Part shown: positions 22,988 to 35,597 of the stretch, in pieces | Position numbering within the stretch: position 1 is the stretch's first letter | Layout of the letters: each line of letters opens with the position of its first letter | NCBI GenBank assembly: GCA_023920165.1 | Contig: CP089274.1 | Span: 3,968,001-4,032,000, forward strand | DNA from: Curvularia clavata | Lineage: Eukaryota | Direction of reading: 5' to 3' | DNA length: 64,000 nucleotides | The notes under the pieces: generated by a model | The model's input: only the letters and a program-made list of their open reading frames with translations | Database searches by the model: none | What the model was told of the DNA's origin: nothing | Translations under genes and position numbers: made by a program

Positions 22988-23386
22988 GCTAGCGCCGCGC
23001 GTAGCTAGTAGCTTATTAGCTATATCGCGTATAGTAGCGTAGGTAGGCGCAAATCCGCGCTAATCTAGATTAAGTATATAGCTAATAATCACCTTCTTTT
23101 CTATCTGAGTAAGCTTTTTTAAGTTAGGCTGGCAATCGCGTCTGGTACGCTTTCTAGCGCGTTGATTATGTAATATTAATTTAGGTATATTAAAGATTGA
23201 AGCTGCGCGCTGGCCTGTTTGAATTTAATTAGAATTAAGAGACTGTATAGTAAGCTGGATATCTGATTTGTTTGAGAGTAATTGAGTAGCGGGGCGTGGA
23301 GCCATAATGGAGGCAAGTATGATAGGGTAAGAAAGTTGGTGAGGTGCGCGACTCGCTTGTCTGCGCGACTCGCTTATCCACTACGT
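22988..23386 (-). mobile_element. 5' end of a second, different pogo/Fot1 transposon, RIP-degraded
   Basis: Terminal ACGTAGTGGATAAGCGAGTCGCGCAGACAAGCGAGTCGCGC next to TA. Translation MAPRP...RAASIFNIP...KKLTQIEKEVIISYILNLD*RGFAP is the psq/CENP-B HTH. Confidence 0.85.
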
Positions 23387-24270
23387 TAATAAAATTGGAG
23401 TTTACTGAAGTGATTCAGTCGTATCACGTCGTAGTGACACGATTATACAAACATGGGTCGACGCCTTCAGATCACCTAAAGTACCTCCGTTTCTCAAACA
23501 CTCCAAGTAAAAAAAGTGCGGTAGTTGCTTCATGTTACCCTGGCATGCACGTGTGCACAAATCATATTTTCCTCTTTTATCCCCTTCTCCATATGTTGCT
23601 CAGCCAAATCCTTATTTGATCTGAGAGTCCTGCGAATTTTGCTGCGAAAATGATTTGGGATGGACTGTTGTGTAAGATATAGCGTACATCATCGGATCCG
23701 AGGATCGTGCTAGAGTTATCTAGGAACTTAAAACTGATATAGCGTATTACATATATCAATTCTTTCTTGTTATACTTTCAAGTTTATGGTACAGCCAGTT
23801 GTCTAACTATCGAGCAGGATAACTCATGTGAGGCCAAGCCAGTGCGAGTCAGCCTTCCTGCTTGCAGTTGCAAGGTCTTGCTGCAGCTGTGGCTTTCGCA
23901 TTCCAATGAATGTTCATCGGTCGCTTAGTATTTTATTACATAATATAGTTCGTAACATGGTCTCGCAGCTAATCAACCGTTTCGTTTAATCTTATGCTGT
24001 TAGGCTCCGCCGATCCTGGTCCAAGACTCACCGGTGGTTGCTTAACCCCGCAGTATCCGAACTTAAGAGCTAGACACCCACTTCTGACCTCTTCTCACGA
24101 TTCCTCATATAATGAGATCCATTCTTAGAATCTCTATAAGAATTGAATCATTGCTACATGTCACGAAGTTGCGTGACATGATCTAACCGGTGAGCCCTTA
24201 CCAACGACCATTGGTGACCGAAACTTCATTCCATCCTTTCAGGAGCGAAACGATACTTGATGAAAAGGCG

Positions 24271-27200
24271 ATGTCGCGTGAGGGTTCAATTATTATCGAT
24301 TTGCCGAGAGCGATACCAAGACGTCGTGGCGCGGGTGCTATGGCTGAAAAAGACAGCTCTGAAGAGAGTTCAGACTACTTCAATGCAGCTTCCAGTGACG
24401 AGGAGACTGACTTTGATTTGGACACGAAATTCCCTTTTTATTCATCATCAATTCCAATTTTGACTGCAGACTCAGTGAATTGTTTCGTAGATGAGAAACT
24501 CGAAGAAGCGGAATTGCCAAGCGAACCACGCACAACATCATTCCAGCCAGGCCCTAGCTTCGAGATCTATAAAGTCGAATATTCGCGATATCTTGATGAT
24601 GAATACGGAACGGACGAGGTCCGTGCAGAGCTAGGGCACAGCCCAAATTCAACCACCGCAACGAAAAGAGATGGTGCTTTGTTTAGATGGATACATTTGA
24701 AGCAAGATCCCATGGATTTTGGCGCATTTCAAAATGCCGCGAGGTCTTTGCCAGATCTCACAGAAGAAGAAGCTGACGAAACCATGAAATTGCTTCAGAA
24801 CAGTCAAAAACAAGTCCAGAAGCGTTTCAGAACAAAAGACGGACAACCGGGTCGTATATTTGGTCCACAGGTATTATCGAAGAAGATACGAAACGACGTT
24901 GTAAATCCCAGAGATGGATGCTTCTTCTTTAGCTTACCGTATTTCTGTCTACGGAAGTATACGAAACTCAGCATTCCCAGTCAGAGCAATCTTCAAGCCA
25001 CCAGAACTCTACTGCAAATTAGCGATTCTTCAACGCCAAAAGGTCGGGATTTGGAGCAAGCTGTCTGCCATCTGGCTGAGATTCCGGGTAACCAGTGCTT
25101 TCATTTATCTAGCTTGTGGTGTCTAGCGATTAAAGACAGTAAGTTTCAAGCGTAACAGAAACAGACTGATTAGCGCTTACTTGACTCTTCAGAATACCTC
25201 TTAACATGCTCTCTCCACTCCGGAGCAGAACTCTCTGGGGAACTGCTTGACATCTTAAAACAACCTCCTTCTCAGCCCTCGGTCGCATTATCAGAACGAC
25301 CCCTGCTATTACAAGTTTCATTCGAGGGCGCTCTTTATTTGATCCCCCTTGACGAATGTGACTCTTGGTTTGTACGTAGTCCGCCCACTGATATCTATGC
25401 TGAGTGAACAACTACTAAGATTAGACAGAAACTCACCCAGAGATTCTCGGGATTTCGCAACAACTTTGACGACTTGTACAATGTGAAAATGGGAGGACAT
25501 CGGATCCAACCAAGCCAGTGGCATATTGTCATAAGACAAGCAAGGAAGCAGCCAATGCGAACACGGATCACTGTTTCACCTAGGTATCACTGGTCGTCTC
25601 GGCCTCCGATGTTTATTAACGAATTAAGGAAACTCTCGTCGCCTCGCCCTCTGATCAAGGCCTTGTCGCGAAGTGATGACGTATCCAACATGGACCCCTC
25701 GCGGTCGTTCACACCGTGCCCAAGTGTGCCATCGAGTTCTTCCCTCGCGAGTTTAGAAAATAACGAAAGCGCTCGAGAAGAGCAGGCCGGCGAATGCCCA
25801 TTGGGCAGGATTGATCATTCCAGCTCTCAACTGAAAGCGTCCCTTTCACCAAATTTGGTTGCACTCGATCCTCTCAAACAGAAATCGCCTGCTAGCCCGA
25901 TCTCCTTGGAACATTACTTGGAAGATTTTCATGCCTTGCGATGGATAGCTCTGCAGTTCCCTGATCCCAGCAAAAGACATGATTCGATTCCAAAGATCTC
26001 AAAACTAGAGGCCATGCAACCCCCTGAGTTGTATGACAAAAAGGTAGACTTCTATCTTGAGGAGTTGCATAAATATATGCAGTTCAAGGTTGGCGTAGTA
26101 ACCCAAACAAGATATCAGAGTTGCGCAACGAAATCGCTGAAGGATGTAGAGAAAGTAGTAGCCGAGATTGTCACAACAGGCCTTGGTAATGCAGAAGTTC
26201 TGAATTTGAAGCAAAAAATTGTCACCGCTGCAAAGTCAAATTTTCTCATCTTCCTGCCGCTCGACCAGAAAGGCTCTATTGTTTCAAAGTACTGGGGCGC
26301 CGTATGTTCATCAATCACTGTGAGTGAACTCTAATTAGGCAGGTATACTCCAAAAGCACTGCCTTACTGATTATCTGTAGGCAAAAAAGACACGGAATAC
26401 CGCAGAGATGAGGGAAACAGTGCACACACTGATGAGGGCAGCTCGGCTTTGCATCGATATGCAGGCACAGCTATCAAAAGGGAAAGGTCCAAACCCTACT
26501 GAGACCAATCTACCAGTGTACTTTGTGAGAGCCTGGTTCGATTTGTTGATCTGCCAATTGAACCTGACCCAAGGAAATATATCCATTGCGCGAAAAAGGG
26601 CTTTGAGCTTTGAGCAGAACATTGACGCAGGCATCGAAGTTGTGATGATGCATTACGAAGGCAAAACTTTGCCTGAACTACGAGCTCTTGTTCCCTCCGA
26701 ACTATCGGTTTTTTTTGCTCACCGGGTTCTCCAAGATATGACGGGAGACTTTCCAAATGTATTGGATACTTACCGGAAATATTCCATACGTCTAGTATGC
26801 AAAGTCTTACGCCATACACTTTGCTCTTGCTAATTATCAATCTTTAAGGAGACTTTAGTCAAGAAAGACCCGTTGAATCGATACCAGCAGACGAGAGTCG
26901 CCAAATTTCTTGAGGAACTATATATTATCCAGATGCAACTCAGCGAACAACTCAATGTCATCAAGAAACTTGAACAGGGCCCGCTTGCCCGACGAGAACA
27001 TGAGTATCGCGCAGCATTCTCCCAACGGTACCATATAAAACTTCTCAAGCAATGTGAAGACCATCTGTCCAAGACAAAAGACTCTCTCTCCGAACTTCAA
27101 CTCATAGGAAAGAGTTTAGAAATTCCGGTAAGCACATTGCCATCCTCTCTCCTCTCCAGCAAAGACTGACCCGCGCAAAGTGGAGGGAATATATGCAGTC

Positions 27201-27420
27201 AAAAAAGCAACGACAAGAACGAGCTATGTACATCTCTACAATCGTCGCCATGATCATTCTGCCCATATCTACGGTTTCCAACATTTTCGCAATGAATATC
27301 AAAGACATTCGAGACATGAACAATGGGCAATGGGTTTTATGGGCTGTCGCAATACCCGTGACTGCTGTTGTCGTTATTGGTTCACTTTTTAGCGCTGGAG
27401 CGTTGTCTTATCGCCAGTAG
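24271..27420 (+). CDS. Large fungal protein with C-terminal CorA-like two-TM domain (6 exons; start uncertain)
   Basis: Exons ~24271-25138, 25193-25371, 25429-26319, 26381-26794, 26850-27127, 27181-27420. C-terminal MYISTIVAMIILPISTVSNIFAMNIKDIRDM..QWVLWAVAIPVT. Confidence 0.75.
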
Positions 27421-27915
27421 GAGTCAACAGCTCTGCTGATTGTCCTGACTATGATCTCCGTCTAGTTCTCCGTTCGCTACGTTGTGAGTTATATTGATCT
27501 CGGCGAATTGCTCGTAGCTCCGATAGTTAACTAGTATAATCTCAATGTTAACACTAGCCCTCAAGATTAGAATGAGGGAATCTGCTTTACGGGGAGTTAC
27601 AATCAATGAAACCAATTACGGATAGTGGACGGTGCGGGGCCGTCCTGTACGTATGTTATGAAGCTATTTGTTACTAGATCGATAAAATTCGACTCTTATA
27701 GCGTCAACTGCATGGGCTTCACTGTTGCGAGATAAACTTTATAGGGTATGTAAAGATATTCATTGCCAGTGACAACACTATAAAATACTCGATTATTTAT
27801 GTACATTACAAACAAGAATAGTAAAAATTAACAAGAGTAGAAGCAGTCGAAGCAATCCAAGTAAAAATGTATTTTATGATCATTTCCAGTGGCATTTTTG
27901 GTGTAGTTCCATCTC

Positions 27916-28335
27916 TTAGAGACGGGGAACAGCATTGCCAGCGCTCTCCAAGGTCGAATCTTCCATACCACCAACATCAGCGCCAAGGTTAGCTGCACCA
28001 GAGGTCGAAGCGCCGTCAATGTTGTCGAGAGCACCAGTCAAAGCGGAGGTAGAAGATCCGACGCCCGCAGCATTGGCCACATTCTGGGCGCCATTGGAGA
28101 TCTTATCCAGCTGACGGCGGCGTGGAGTGGCTGGTAGAGGAGTACCACCCTTGATACTACTGATCGTGGCTGCTAGGTTGTTCTCAGCGTTCTCGATGCC
28201 GTGACCAACACCATTATCGGTATCGGTGAAGATGCTATCGGCAGCCTGGCCCTCACCGGCAAGCTGAGGTGTAGGAAGGGCTGTGGCCATAGTGAAGATG
28301 GCGAGGGCAAGCATGATCTTCTTCGCGGAAGGCAT
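27916..28335 (-). CDS. Small secreted Ala/Gly/Asn-rich protein (139 aa)
   Basis: Signal peptide MPSAKKIMLALAIFTMATA-LP, internal RRR-Q basic site, no Cys. Confidence 0.85.
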   Translation of the reverse strand: MPSAKKIMLALAIFTMATALPTPQLAGEGQAADSIFTDTDNGVGHGIENAENNLAATISSIKGGTPLPATPRRRQLDKISNGAQNVANAAGVGSSTSALTGALDNIDGASTSGAANLGADVGGMEDSTLESAGNAVPRL

Positions 28336-30032
28336 ATTGCTTATTGGTTGGTGAGAGGATTTTGGGAAATTTCTTGAGAATAGTGTCTGGAGATTGAGAA
28401 GAGAAGAGCGCTTGAGATGCTGATAATGGTTGTTCAGTTGTTGGATGATTGATCACAGAGGCTTGCGAGGTCTTTTTATACACTTTCAGAAAGTCTTTAC
28501 TACTACCCCGCAACTGTTTGATGATGTTACTCTTTGGGAACGAGATGATCTTCGAACGCCCTCAGCTCGGAAAAAGGGTCGAGAACATTTCTGGTCTCCT
28601 GAAAGATGACGTTGCGAAAGGTTGGCATGTCGTCTAACTAACATTGAAGCAGTGATCTGCAAGGCGGCATGGTGGTATGACAACAAATCATAGCCGTTGA
28701 TGGTAATGGTTGCTTACAGCTACAGTGTTGAGAGAATTAGGCAAACCCTTCCCAAGTAGCCACCAAAAATCTGAGATGATCCAGCCTCCCGCCGCTGATG
28801 AAATGTCAGTCCCCAGATCGTCGGAAGATCTCCCGGCTCCAGGGACTCGCGCCATTCTCTTGGAATACTTTGACGCTTTCAGCTAGAGCCGGTATCTAGC
28901 GCACCCGGATTTAGAACTAAGCTTCCCAAGCTTTCACCTAAGCTTCATCAAGCATGAGCTCTAAGCACACTATCTAATGACGAACGATTGCCTGTTTAGC
29001 ATTCGCTTCGTTGAGTTCGAGCTAAACCAAGGCGATGGGCTTCATTCAGCGTGGCGACTGCAGCCGAACTTTCCGGCCGAGTAGTGCGACTTACCAGGTT
29101 GGATCAGGGTCCGTGACGCCATTTTCGAGCAATTTTGGTTTGTCTTCGTACTCAGAAATCTGTTTACAAGAGAAACTTCTGGGCATTTTAATGAAATAAA
29201 TCTGACACGAAACCCAGCTTGACAGTGCTGTAAACGAGTCGAGGACTTTTGCGACAGCACTCAACGTGTCACGCTGTTTGATGTTAGGACAATCCGTGGG
29301 GATCGCTGACGGTAGACCCTGGCAGACCACTCCACCCAACGTACATTTAGAGATGTTCTGAATTACGTGGCTCCCTGCTGGTGAAGTATGTGGCTGCTTT
29401 ACGACCCTCAACTGGCCTCCCTGCATATGCACTGTCCACGGAGAACCGGCTCATATGTATTTAGGACATACGCTAGGGGAAACTACGGCCACGAAAGACG
29501 CCGTGACTGGCGGATATACTCTTCACCCCCACCAACAAAGAGCTCATTACAGTATAGTTGCAAAATGCTCTCTGCGATAACTATCAAAATGCTAGCGTTG
29601 ATTGTGCATGGCCCAGTGTGGAAGTTGACAGCACCGACGAGACAGCATGGGTATGATAGATTGAAACAATATCTGGTCCGACGATGGTTGACTCCCATCA
29701 CAGGGCTAGATGCACTCACCAAAACATACTACAGAATCATGCATTATGACGCCTAAGCTTGAGTATACAGAATCCAAAATAAGGGAGGTACTTAGATTAG
29801 CAGGATACTGCGGCTAATGAAAAGGAGTAGGAGAATGCATCATGACGATGTGGCAGGGTTATTTGCCAAGGGTAAAGATAAATGGCTACCTACTGATGCT
29901 ATCTGATTAGTCTATTGGCTCCTAAAGTGTCTTCCCACAAGTACTTGGAAATTTGGTTGCTATGCGATCAGCTCTTTGGCTTTTTCATCTCAGGTTCTCT
30001 TCGCACTGTATCGTGGGCTTTAGTAGTGCAAC

Positions 30033-32186
30033 CTACGCCGCGACGACAGTTGCCATTTTCTCCTCGCGACCGAGCTTGACTTTCTAGCTTGCGCATTAGC
30101 AGTGTTAGACAAATAAAAGAAACCAGCTACCGTGAACATCACTCACCAAGAGTGGTAAAGAGCACACCACGCTTAATGCAGCAGCCGCAAGGAAGAACGC
30201 CCACACAGTGGTCATAGCACTGGCGATTTCCGGAATTACGAGAGCCTTTTCCGCTTCAGAGAGTGCTTGGAAAGCCTTGCTACTGGATCCCGCGATGAGG
30301 CTCCCAATCTCCATTTCAGAAACGTTTGGAAGAGCTTTACCCACCCTCTCGACAGCTACGTTGTGGAAAAGGCTACCGCTGATGGCAAGAAAGAGGACCA
30401 TACCAAGGTCTTGGGCTGAATTAATGTAACACGTATTAGCTGTTGGATTTGCGGAGGTAGTTATTGAATGCATGTTCCATGGAGGCTTACAGATTGTCAT
30501 AGCACCAACCGCATTGGCTATTTCATGAATGGGGACGAGAGACTGCACGATAGCAAAGCCGGCAACAATGTAGCTTCCTGTTCCAGCTCCTATGAGAACA
30601 TTGTATCCATAAACTTTGGCGTTAGAAGTGTCATCATCTACAGTGTCTGCAAGAGGTATTAGCTAAGAGGTCGCCAGTTTAAAAAAAAGACTGCCAGGGA
30701 GCTTTACACATGAGAGCTGTGCCAATAAGAGTGACCAAGCTGCCTCCAATGTACCAAACAGGTATTAAGCCATACCTAGGCATCAGGAAACCGTTCACCA
30801 TGGAGGTAAAAACCATGAACATAATCAATGGGAGTAGACGAACACCGGCCTCAAGTGCATCGTCGCCCTGAATGTCATTAGTCTTCATAAGATGACTTCC
30901 AGCCAGAGGTCTGTCACCTTGATGAATTGAAAATATAGCGGTATGTAGTAAGTCATAGCGAGGATGATTCCAGATGATAGAAAAACTTGTAGCTGCATGT
31001 TGATCAATGTGGGTTGCTCGAAGAAATGCAATGGGTAGAGGCGATTCTCTTTAGTGACTAATGGGTGCAGTTTCAACAGGACGATGAAGGCGACAAGCAG
31101 AATGGCTGTGACAGTCCATAGCGCAATAACGGTTCCGGAGTTGAAGGGGTAAATGACTCCGCCAAAGGTCAGTACGGCAGTCAGGCAGGCAGAGCCAGCA
31201 AGAAAAATGACAGCATTGATCCAGTCGATGAGACGAAGCTTTTCTGTGAGTTTCTTGGAAGGATAAGGATCAAAGGTGGGAAATAGAAGGAGATATACGG
31301 GCGCAAAGGCAGCGCCAATGGGAAGATTGACATAGAATCCCTAGTGTATGATAGTAAGTATCAAACCAAAAGACTAGGGGGTAGGCGATGAATATGTACC
31401 CATCTCCAAGTAGCAGTGCTCGCAGCAAAAGCTCCACCAACCTATTACCAAACGATAAGCATAAGACTGGTAAGGTGAAAAGACATTGGTCATACTACTG
31501 GGCCCAGGACACTGCCTATCCCCCAGACGACAGTGCTCCCGGCAAGATATGCTGGCTTTTCTCGGTCATTGGAAAGAACCGATACGTATGTCAGAGTACC
31601 TGAATACATGCCAGAACCGCCAATGCCGGCGACAACACGGCCAATGATTAGGGCCGTCATGTTTGGAGCAGCTCCACAAAGAGCGCTGCCAGCTTCGAAC
31701 AGGAAAATGTTGAAAATGTAGACCCGCTTGATGTTGAAGACACCATAGATCTTACCCCAGAGCAGAATGAACATGGTTCCAAGCGCAAAGCCGGTTCCGA
31801 TCCATGATAGCAATTCTAGGTGGCCGAAATCGTGGATAATGGCTGGTTGGATGTTGGCGACAATGGTGTTGTCAAGGGCAAAGAGGAGCGTCGTAGACAG
31901 CATGGCAGAATAAGCAGTGGCCCACTGATAGATACACAAATATCGAATTAGTATGGGTTATGCATATGAGATGGTGCACGCTGGTATGCGTACATGATTG
32001 TGTTGGATGTAGGTCACTTACCTTCCAACCGTGGATATCACGAGGACTATGCTTGCTGATTATAATGTCACCATTACTGCGGCCAGCAGGCTTGCCTGAT
32101 GTACTATGATGAATTGAATCAGCTGCTTCAACATGCTTCTCGCCATCGAGTTTGCTCTGACTTGGCGATGAACTCCCATATATCAT
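30033..32186 (-). CDS. MFS drug/toxin:H+ antiporter, 14-TM (DHA2) type, multi-exon
   Basis: LFALDNTIVA, GSALCGAAPNM.ALIIGRVVAGIGGSG, GSVLGP, YINLPIG and YYIPLYFQF motifs with GT-AG introns. Confidence 0.92.
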
Positions 32187-32350
32187 ATTGGGCGAGTTCG
32201 GTCGACTTTTTGATTGGATAGAATTTCGACTGGTAAGTTTAACTGAAGGCTGATATCAGAATCGGTTCGCAGGTCCAAAGAAAACACTGAATGGATAGAG
32301 GTTGAGTCGAGGAAATTGCAGTGGGTTTATACCATTAGGAAAGGGTAGAG

Positions 32351-32390
32351 GCGGAGGCGGACACGGACGGACACGGACACGGACACGGAG
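32351..32390. promoter_or_regulatory. CGGA direct-repeat array upstream of the MFS gene (candidate Zn2Cys6 binding sites)
   Basis: Seven CGGA in ~40 bp (32352, 32358, 32364, 32368, 32374, 32380, 32386). Minus-strand TATAAA at 32326-32331. Confidence 0.55.
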
Positions 32391-32477
32391 GCCGAGACCC
32401 CATCCACAACCTCAACATTGTGGGTTGGATATGTTGATCAAATGTTCTTAGAGAATACTAGATCAATTCTCTTCTTA

Positions 32478-34765
32478 CTACAGAGCCAAAGTGCCAAAGC
32501 TGTTTTTATCGTTACATTCCTGTAGCTTGGCCTCAACGTCGCCCACAGATCGGTGCCAATGCCCGTCTGATTCTTCGATGTGGTCTAGAGCTGCAAAGAG
32601 CAGTCTCAAAGAAGCCACAACACCATTCATATTCTCGCGGGCTCCTTCATGTACAAGTTCTCGATACAACGCCTTCAACGCCATGGTCAAAGGCCAGGCT
32701 ATGAAAATGGCCTGAAGCATGATGATGTCGCTATTCGCGTTCCGTGGTGACGGCAAATTGAGGCCCACCGCGTTGCATATCTGGAACGCAGCAGCGGTAG
32801 CTCGGCGTTGGCTTTCTGCAACCATCAATGGCGGTAGCCCCTGTTCATCATTCTTCTTTATGGCCGAGTCATGCGAAAAGATCTCAGTAGCGCGCAGATT
32901 CAGGTAGAGACTGAAAGCTACTGGATCTTCGCGGATGGATGTGGCATTGAGATGACGCTTCAGAATTTTGAATAGATCATCGGTCCTCTTGACTAGAGCG
33001 CAGTAGTCATCCCAGAAGCCTGGCTTGTTGCGATTTTGTCCATTGTCAAAGCAGCGTAAGGCTAACTCAACCATCAAAACGCAGCCTGCGTAAGAACTAA
33101 GCTCGGTTCCAGGTTCGGTATTGATACCTAGCAGCGACGGCATCTTCAGAGGCTCTAGGTCTGATCGCAGCAGTCCTGGCGATGGCAAGTTGATTCGGAG
33201 ATTCTGAACACAAAGTCAGCTGTGCCGCAAATACAGTTGACGTTGCAGATTGATACGCACCTTGGTATCTTCCAGCTGATACTCCCAACCTGTGCGCGTT
33301 CTCACATAGCTTTGGAGTATATACAACCCCCAGAATGTCCGTCGCCGTTCCTCCAGAAGAACTGGATCCTCTGTGTGCGGTAAAGCTACATGAGGACCGC
33401 TTTGAGTCTCATCATTGTGTATTCCCTGATCACTTTCGTCTGCGTCCATCTGATTTAGTTTCAAAAGCTTGCAAAGCATAGCGGCACGTCCAAGCGTCAG
33501 CCAGCTTCTTTCCAGTTTTCGGCTCATAGCCTCAAAGCGGCCTATCAACAGTAAAGCTTGGAGAAGATTTAGATCATTCAGACAATCCTCTTGTTCACAC
33601 CTTTCGGCATAGTTGCGCGCTAGTTTGTAACACGTTAAATGTCGATTATGATCTGGAGGAGAGTGAGAGCATCCTGCAAGAGCAACAGCATAAATCAAGG
33701 CGCTTATTGCAGGGCTATGAGCATGCACTTTTTCGGCCATGAACCTGTCTCTGTTGATAAATGGGAAAGAGAAATAGGCGAGTTCGAAGTAATGACTATG
33801 CAGCAGAGGTAGATCTGTTGGGGACAGGTCTTCATCTGAGCCGTTTGAGGGCGCTGGCTGAGATTGATTGAGGAGCATGTTGTCCAACGGTTCAAGCGCC
33901 ATGAATGGCTGGTCTGCCCAGGAGAACGACATATTTGAGTCCGCTCCCTCGGCAAAAGAAGTGAAAATATCAGGATCGAGAGCTGAGTCGTGGGTGAAGG
34001 CATTGTTTGTGGCATTTGTTTCTCTTACATTATCCAGGTCTCTTGGGATGTTGTTTTCTGATATTTCCAAAGATGGTAACTGAGGCTGGGAAGCAGTTGT
34101 TCCTGGTAGCTGACACTGTGAGCTTCGTCGCGAGCATGAGTTTGATGCAAAAGGATCTGGCGTTTCAATTCACCTTGTCCAAGCAGCCGACTCGATGCCT
34201 TCTGGCAATGACTGGGAACGTACTGAAGGATGTGATATCTGCGTGCTCAGGGCCAGCTGGGCTTCGGTCTTAGCTAGCCGCTCCTGAAGCTGCTTCACCT
34301 GCTCGTCGCGAGTGCGACGCTGGTGTGAATGATCATAGCTACATGGTTGACTGAGACGAGCGCATCGCCTAGACAGCGAAGAAAACAATTAGCATGATAC
34401 CCTTGAGCTCGAGATGGCTAGAAGACTTCGAGCAATTTAGGGGAACCAACCTGCATTTTGGAAGAGCTCTGTCGCAACGAACTTTACGCTCCCTAACCGT
34501 TAAGCGGTTAGCGATCTGAACAACCCATTTTGTCTCATCAAGTGTAAATCAGCTGAATTTCGGAAGCATCATACCAAACCCTGCATTTTGGGAATCATCT
34601 GGCTATTGGAGTGAAAGAGAAGGCAGAGACTTGTTCATTTGTAGAAAGCTGCGTGCACGCCTGCTGATGATTTGTACACGGCAGAACACATTGCTGGAGG
34701 ACTTGCCTGCATATTTCACAAGCATATTGTGCTGTGGAACCCGTGCCAGCAGATGACGATCTCAT
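32478..34765 (-). CDS. Zn(II)2Cys6 transcription factor with fungal-specific TF (MHR) domain
   Basis: Spliced CEICR|ERKVRCDRALPKCR|RCARLSQPC; middle region LQALLLIGRFE...EERRRTFWGLYI. The first intron has a GC donor (gcaagt, 34706). Confidence 0.88.
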
Positions 34766-35597
34766 TATGTTGAAGCATGTAGTCCGCGTGATTTCGCGTG
34801 GTTCAATGGTCTGCGTCGAGCTTCAGTTATGTATATATTTGATCGCCAGATATTCCAGCTTTACGTTGAATCTTGGGGGTTTTAGTCGCCAGGTACTGCG
34901 GAGAAGTGTTAAATGAACAATAGTGTATTGATGATGAAGGCGTGCATGAATAGTTATCAGCAGGTATCTCCAGGCTACCTGCGTTACAGGGCCACTCTAC
35001 CTATACCCTTTTGAGACTGAAGTGCGGCGCGGATGGTATATCATGCTGTGACTACTACATTTCAATATCCCTTGGGATTATCTCGGCATCTTCGCAACAA
35101 ATCAATAAAACAGATGGAATGATGAGATACGTAGCTGAAAAGACTGGCGACAACAGTACAACTAGCAACGTATCTTTGAGCGTTTAGTGGTGGCGACAGT
35201 GACTTGACCCATGCATGCACCGTATAGCGCTGGAGTTGATCAAAGATAGTGTTCTGGACAACTACATCGCACATGGGGAGACCCCTGGCCGTCTTCTGGT
35301 CTCTGAGAAGTCATTGTTACTTGTACCATCATTCCACAGCGAGGCTGCGTTCATCTGGAAGCGTCATGTTGCACGCGACTGATCGGCGGCGAGCGCCAAG
35401 AGTCGGAGCGGAGCTAAGTAATCGCGGGAGCTCTGTGCACCTTCGTAATCCATAGCTGCCTCCCAAACAGAGCCACATCATCGCCGCACTGCAACCAACC
35501 TCTCACCTGCGGATATCACCTTCGATCGCTGGGATATACCTCCGCTTGCATTCATCAGCTATTTATCACATACAGCCACTCTCCGTACATCGCCACA

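Noticed and set aside
27916..34765. Secondary-metabolite gene cluster around the MFS and TF
   Set aside because: No PKS, NRPS, terpene synthase or tailoring enzyme in the window.
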